64,000 nt of DNA from an uncultured Verrucomicrobiae bacterium (GTDB lineage: Bacteria > Verrucomicrobiota > Verrucomicrobiia > Limisphaerales > Palsa-1400): assembly GCA_963702845.1 (NCBI GenBank), contig OY969763.1:5120001-5184000 (forward strand). The letters are read 5' to 3'. The notes under the pieces are model-generated. The model was not told where the DNA came from. It was given only the letters and a program-made list of their open reading frames with translations, and did no database searches. Positions 60,931 through 64,000 of the stretch are shown one piece after another (within the stretch, counting starts at the first letter, position 1; each line of letters begins with the position of its first letter). Position numbers and translations under genes: made by a program.

Positions 60931-61030
60931 TTGACGCCCTCCCTGTATTGGCTATCCTAGTCTAGACAATTTGTTTGCCCTGATACGTCGGGGCGCGAGA
61001 GTCGGAGAAGTAGTTTCTGCCGACTTTTTT
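60931..61030 (+). promoter_or_regulatory. nusA operon promoter and terminator-like leader
   Basis: TTGACG-N16-TATCCT, hairpin GCCCTGA/TCGGGGC, then AGTCGG..CCGACT plus T-run. Confidence 0.6.
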
Positions 61031-61067
61031 GTTCCCTGGATGGGGAACTTGAACCGGAGACAAGCGT

Positions 61068-62381
61068 ATGAATGCTGATTTTTTGGCAGTTTTAGAGTTT
61101 TGGGAGCGCGAGAAGGGGATCAGCAGGGAGACTCTCGTTAAAGCAGTTGAAGAAGCTTTGGTTTCGGCTGCGAAAAAAGCTGTCGGGGCCGCACGTGATC
61201 TCCGGGTCGTTATTGATACTAAGTCCGGTGATATCAAGGCTTTCGCAAAGCTTATGGTCTCCGAGAAGGTCGTTTCCAAGCACGATCATATTACCGTTTT
61301 TGACGCTCGTCGCATTAAACCCGATGCCAAGCTGGGTGATGAAATTGAAGTAGAAGTCACTCCTGCCGGTTTTGGACGTATCGCTTCTCAATATGCCAAA
61401 CAGGCGCTGATGCAGCAGATTCGTCGCGCAGAGAAGCAGTTGATTCTCACTGAGTTCGAAGGACGTATTGGGGATATTATTAGTGGCACGGTTCGCCGGT
61501 TCGAACGTTCTGATGTCACAATTGATTTGGGTAAGTACGAGGCTCTTTTGCCGAACCGCGAACGTGTTCCGACCGAGGAATACCAAATTGGTGAACGCAT
61601 TCGCTGCCTCGTGAAGGCTGTGGAAACTGGCCCGCATGGACCGGAAATCATCCTGTCGCGTGCCGATCCGCAGTTTGTCATTAAGCTTTTCCAGTTGGAA
61701 GTTTCGGAAATCAACGATGGCACGATCGAGGTTAAGGGCATTGCGCGCGAACCTGGTTTCCGCACCAAGCTTGCTGTTTATACACGCGATCCTAAAGTTG
61801 ACCCGGTGGGCGCTTGCGTGGGTTTGCGCGGTCAACGGGTGAAGAATATTGTTCGCGAGCTGAACAATGAGAAGGTGGATATTATTAAGTGGGACGCGAA
61901 CGCGAAGACTTACATCGCGAACGCACTTTCGCCGGCGCAGCTGAAAGGATTCGAGGTTGATGAAGCGCGTAAGCGGGTGAAAATTAGTGTTGCGGAGGAT
62001 CAGTTGTCGCTCGCCATTGGTAAACGCGGGCAAAATGCCCGATTGACGTCTAAACTGACGGGCTGGCAGATTGATATCGAACCTGAAGCGGTTGTCCACG
62101 TTGGTTTCGAGGAACAAGTAGCGCATGCGGTAGAAGCTTTGGCCTCAGTGCCTGGGATTACCCGAGAAGCAGCAGATGTCCTCGTGCATCAAGGCCTGGC
62201 AACATTGGATGATTTGGCGAATGCCGAAGTTGGCGATTTGGAACAGATCGAACAAATCAAAGACCAGGCTGGAACGATTTTAGAAGCGGCGAAAGCTGAG
62301 TTAGCGCGTCGCAAGGTTCAACCTGCAGCTCCGGAAGCCGGAGCGGTGCCGGTTGAAACTGCAGATACAAATAATAGTTAG
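61068..62381 (+). CDS. nusA: Transcription termination/antitermination factor NusA
   Basis: FGRIA, AREPGFRTKLAV, DPVGACVG and LSLAIGKRGQNARL. Confidence 0.97.
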   Translation: MNADFLAVLEFWEREKGISRETLVKAVEEALVSAAKKAVGAARDLRVVIDTKSGDIKAFAKLMVSEKVVSKHDHITVFDARRIKPDAKLGDEIEVEVTPAGFGRIASQYAKQALMQQIRRAEKQLILTEFEGRIGDIISGTVRRFERSDVTIDLGKYEALLPNRERVPTEEYQIGERIRCLVKAVETGPHGPEIILSRADPQFVIKLFQLEVSEINDGTIEVKGIAREPGFRTKLAVYTRDPKVDPVGACVGLRGQRVKNIVRELNNEKVDIIKWDANAKTYIANALSPAQLKGFEVDEARKRVKISVAEDQLSLAIGKRGQNARLTSKLTGWQIDIEPEAVVHVGFEEQVAHAVEALASVPGITREAADVLVHQGLATLDDLANAEVGDLEQIEQIKDQAGTILEAAKAELARRKVQPAAPEAGAVPVETADTNNS

Positions 62382-62453
62382 TATGGATGTGGAGCGCATA
62401 ATGATTGCGTCTTAGTATGAAGACCGTGTTGCTCCACCGGCAGTTGAATATTT

Positions 62454-64000
62454 ATGCCCGTTCGCATTTACGACTTAGCAAAGAAACTTGGAATGGAAAG
62501 CAAAGCAGTGCTGGCCAAAGCCAAGGAACTGGGCATTACCACCGCCAAGGTGCCGTCGAGCTCGCTCGATAAGATCACCGCCGAATTTCTCGAAGAACAA
62601 CTCGCGCCAGCCAAACCTGTCGAAGCGGCCAAAGCGCCGGAGCCAGTTGTCGAACAAAAGATTCAAGTCATTCACGAAGCGCCTCCGCCGCCAGTTGCCC
62701 CTGAGCCTGTCGCACCTGCGCCAGCTCCGGTCCCTGAGCCTGTCGTCGAAGCGCCGCCTGCACCGATTTCAATTGCTCCCGCTGTGACCGCTCCGGCTCC
62801 AGTTGTCGAGCCGAAGCACGAGGTTAAGCCTGCGGAAGTGATCGCGCATGTTGTGGCGGAACCAGCCAAACCGGCTGCGCCTCCCGCTCCAGTTGAACCG
62901 CCGAAACCGGCCGCTCCACCACCGCCGCCGGCTGGTCCGAAGCTGGGTGATAAGGTCGGATTTATTCAATTGCCGCAACGTCCCGGCGTGCGCACACAGG
63001 ATCGTGGTCAGGAGCGCGGGCAACAACGTGGTGGTCAGCAGCAGCAACCGCAGCAGGGTGGAAGACAAGACTCCGGTTATCGCGGAGATATCCGCAGTGT
63101 TCGCCCTGGATCCGCTCCGTCGTCGCCGTCGTTTCCTGGTCAAAAGCTTCAAGGGAAACCAGGCCCCGCGCCGAAAGCTGGACCTTCTGTTCCGGCCAAT
63201 GCTCCGCTCATTACTTTCAAGCCGCCGATTATCGTGCGCGATCTGGCCGAGCGGGTGAACCGCAAGCCGTTTCAGATCATCGCTGATTTGATGGAGGCGG
63301 GTATTTTTGCGAACGTCAATCAATCGATTGATGAAGCAGTCGCACAGAAAGTTTGCGCCAAGTACGGTTTCCGTTTCGAAGTTGAAAAACGCGAACGCGG
63401 CGGCGGCATCGTTCACGCGCCGATCAAGAAGGTCGAAATCGACACCGAAGATAAGCCCGAGCAGATGAAGCCGCGTGCGCCGGTCGTGACCATCATGGGT
63501 CACGTCGACCACGGCAAAACTTCGTTGCTGGACGTTATTCGTAAATCGAACGTCGTGGCCGGTGAAGCGGGTGGTATCACCCAGCACATTGGGGCTTACA
63601 CAATTTCATTTCCGCATCCGGAACGTAAGAACGAGCTGCAACAAATCACGTTCCTCGACACGCCCGGTCACGCTGCGTTCAGCGCGATGCGCGCTCGTGG
63701 AGCCAACGTCACCGATATCGTCGTTCTCGTCGTGGCGGCGACTGACGGCGTTATGCCGCAGACTTTGGAAGCGCTGAGCCACGCGCAAGCGGCGAAGGTT
63801 CCGATTCTCGTTGCAGTCAACAAGATGGATCATCCGAACGCGAACGCGCTCAAAGTGCGTCAGCAACTTCAGGATAAAGGGCTCGTCCCTGATGAATGGG
63901 GTGGCGATACAATTTTCGTCGACGTTTCGGCGTTGACCAAACGGCGTCGACAAATTGCTGGAAATGATTCTGCTCCAGGCCGACTTGCTTGAACTGAAAG
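62454..64000 (+). CDS. infB: Translation initiation factor IF-2 (runs off the window; frameshift at ~63942)
   Basis: RIYDLAK N-terminus, [13 protein letters not shown] and [17 protein letters not shown] continues in another frame. Confidence 0.96.

Noticed and set aside
62640..63200. Pro/Ala- and Gln/Gly-rich repeats in infB as a separate repeat element
   Set aside because: Ordinary low-complexity linker of the IF-2 N-terminal region.
1..64000. CRISPR array or cas genes
   Set aside because: No regularly spaced identical repeats with unique spacers. The HNH gene is a small McrA-like protein.

Overview
Bacterial chromosomal window, most likely from a Verrucomicrobiota (Pedosphaera-like) organism; this is inferred from a PEP-CTERM-type kinase, an H-X9-DG prepilin and large secreted proteins with a shared C-terminal tail. 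Housekeeping genes (tRNA-Leu, glnE, glmM, sufB, rnc, nth, nusA, infB) are interleaved with two-component systems, transporters, a vapBC-type TA pair and many intergenic palindromic (REP-like) repeats. There are four main points of interest. (1) A TE-less minimal NRPS module: standalone C domain, an A-PCP with a leucine-type code, and a P450. (2) Three unrelated secreted proteins share a ~50-60 aa C-terminal domain and a strong excess of Thr-Asn dipeptides, and the window also encodes a TMTC-like GT-C protein glycosyltransferase. (3) A 3.5-kb island is bounded by an 80-bp duplication of the 3' end of an oxidoreductase gene and carries an LRR protein plus a decayed recQ/PRTase-dprA module. (4) A lipoprotein / ATP-grasp ligase / DUF350 operon. 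Several 1-2 nt frameshifts, one in the essential gene infB, suggest sequencing indel errors. No CRISPR array, rRNA, integrase or transposase was seen. All motif counts and alignments were done by eye.
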